Below are positions 63,690-64,000 of a stretch of 64,000 nucleotides of DNA, piece by piece; position 1 is the first letter of the stretch, and the number at the start of each line of letters is the position of its first letter. The notes under the pieces are model-generated. The model did not search any database, was not told where the DNA came from, and was given only the letters and a program-made list of their open reading frames with translations. The DNA is from a virus: positions 3,174 through 67,173 of the IMG/VR virus record IMGVR_UViG_3300044691_000366. The stretch is one strand, 5' to 3'. Made by a program: the position numbers and the translations under genes.

Positions 63690-64000
63690 GTCTTCACCCG
63701 TCCGATGCCCGGAAAGGCGCCCATCGGCATCACGCTGCCGAAGCGAAGCTGACAGTCGGATTTCTTGCGGCCGCACTGGTCATTGGCAGCCGTGGTCGCT
63801 ACGCCAAGCGAAGTGAAGGCCGACGTGCCGGTGTATTTGCAGGGGAAGATCTTCGGGTAGACGTAGCCGTCAGATGCTGCGGCTGGGTCCGCAGGCTTGT
63901 ATTGCCGATAGCGGCGCGTGCATACATCGCGGATGAACTGACGCCGCGGCAACATCGTGCCCTCTTGGTCGATTGCTGCCGACAACTCCCATTCGATAAA
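63686..64000 (-). CDS. Minor tail protein L, 3' part
   Basis: EWELS, LPRRQ....C, C.Y.G, DQCGRKKSDCQLRF, GAFPG. Confidence 0.9.
   Translation of the reverse strand, partial: FIEWELSAAIDQEGTMLPRRQFIRDVCTRRYRQYKPADPAAASDGYVYPKIFPCKYTGTSAFTSLGVATTAANDQCGRKKSDCQLRFGSVMPMGAFPGIGRVKT

Larger units (their letters stand above)
1..64000. mobile_element. Segment of a large temperate phage-plasmid (siphovirus-like tail genes, own replisome, RepC plasmid replicon)
   Basis: Co-oriented phage tail, lysis and replication genes with overlapping start/stop codons; repC with ctRNA; no host housekeeping operons; no integrase in window. Confidence 0.9.

Overview
The whole window looks like part of one large temperate siphovirus-type phage-plasmid, GC-rich and probably from a Hyphomicrobiales host (RepC replicon, GANTC cluster, Bradyrhizobium-like RlpA). 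Almost all genes are on the minus strand. Reading from right to left: lambda-like tail tip genes (L, K, I, J) and a tail fibre; holin/spanin-like genes; a T5 A1-like protein; a three-gene adhesin/GH74-like cassette; a plus-strand acyltransferase moron; then a long replication/recombination arm. That arm carries ClpP, PhoH, an Hfq-like protein, DnaB, primase, ligase, tRNA-Met(CAT), an XRE repressor, CobT/CobS, a sigma-like protein, split DnaE, SSB, 5'-3' exonuclease, RecA, SbcD, RtcB, SbcC, RuvC, intein-containing class II RNR, a DNA MTase and endonuclease VII. A plus-strand island at about 31.3-33.7 kb holds an RHH gene, an antisense ctRNA and repC. The most striking observation is that dnaE is split by a free-standing HNH gene, and the two halves carry tails matching only the association lobe of a split intein with no splicing residues, suggesting a non-splicing protein clasp. 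Other highlights are 19 copies of a 14-bp palindromic operator, a fixed-spacing AACCCT-N10-GCTATA promoter motif, a phage Hfq-like gene with candidate structured RNAs, and a synonymously constrained AGCG/CGCT-dense patch inside sbcC. All assignments come from motif recognition by eye; no searches were run. Several start codons were re-chosen from SD and overlap evidence.
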